Shown piece by piece: positions 49,821 through 49,893 of a DNA stretch of 49,893 nt. Under the pieces are notes generated by a model. The model did not search any database and was not told the DNA's origin. It was given only the letters and a program-made list of their open reading frames with translations. The DNA comes from a virus. How positions within the stretch are numbered: position 1 is the first letter of the stretch; the number at the start of each line of letters is the position of its first letter. Both the position numbers and the translations under genes were made by a program. The stretch lies in IMG/VR virus record IMGVR_UViG_3300028844_003870; one strand, written 5' to 3'.

Positions 49821-49893
49821 CAATAAATATTGATTTTGGTTATACTAGGGGAAATCCTATTAACTAAAGAAATTTTTATGTCGCTAGATGTTC
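49750..49893. repeat. terminal direct repeat copy 2 (identical to 1-144)
   Basis: 144/144 identity. Confidence 0.95.

Noticed and set aside
1-49893. Prophage/temperate lifestyle, DGR, retron or CRISPR-Cas content
   Set aside because: No integrase, recombinase, reverse transcriptase, cas gene or att-like long repeat was recognised in any frame. The Cro-like and small HTH genes alone do not support lysogeny. The ends overlap as a circle with no host flanks.

Overview
The window is one complete, circularly closed dsDNA phage genome. Bases 1-144 are repeated verbatim at 49750-49893, giving a 49,749-bp unit. It is AT-rich and has no integrase, rRNA, CRISPR array, reverse transcriptase or DNA polymerase that I can see. 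It encodes a contractile-tail (myovirus-type) virion. Layout: (1) lysis-associated genes across the junction (47260-49820, then 129-1625); (2) an early plus-strand block of small ORFs plus SSB (1759-6193); (3) head genes (6277-9372); (4) neck, sheath, tube, frameshifted chaperone, tape measure, baseplate and fibres (10971-26597); (5) a long minus-strand replication/recombination/DNA-modification block (26628-38160) with a PD-(D/E)XK exonuclease, VRR-NUC-like nuclease, SF2 helicase, zinc-ribbon primase, MT-A70 methylase, P-loop helicase-like protein, HTH-metallophosphoesterase fusion, PAPS-reductase-family protein and Cro-like regulator; (6) packaging genes (small and large terminase, portal, MuF-like; 38760-45711). 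The plus-strand late genes are interrupted at least seven times by opposite-strand islands: methylase+HNH, an Imm-like superinfection-immunity gene, a homing-endonuclease-like gene, and several orphan clusters. Each island is bounded by a bidirectional terminator on one side and a promoter-like cassette on the other. Most worth a second look: (a) a dispersed family of TGTGA-N6-TCACA (CRP-consensus-like) dyads at almost every restart of the late genes; (b) a 700-bp noncoding island holding tRNA-Lys(UUU), a tRNA-like gene whose anticodon arm is about 6 nt too long, and a T-loop-containing structured element framed by exact 19-bp direct repeats; (c) a PAPS-reductase / HTH-metallophosphoesterase / small Rossmann-like / MT-A70 neighbourhood that could be a DNA- or nucleotide-modification module; (d) a prokaryotic-PLA2-like protein in the lysis neighbourhood; (e) a duplicated cassette with conserved ends and divergent middle, one copy just 3' of terL and the other 3' of the portal gene. 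All family names are from motif recognition by eye, with no searches run. Coordinates of motifs read by eye may be off by 1-2 nt.
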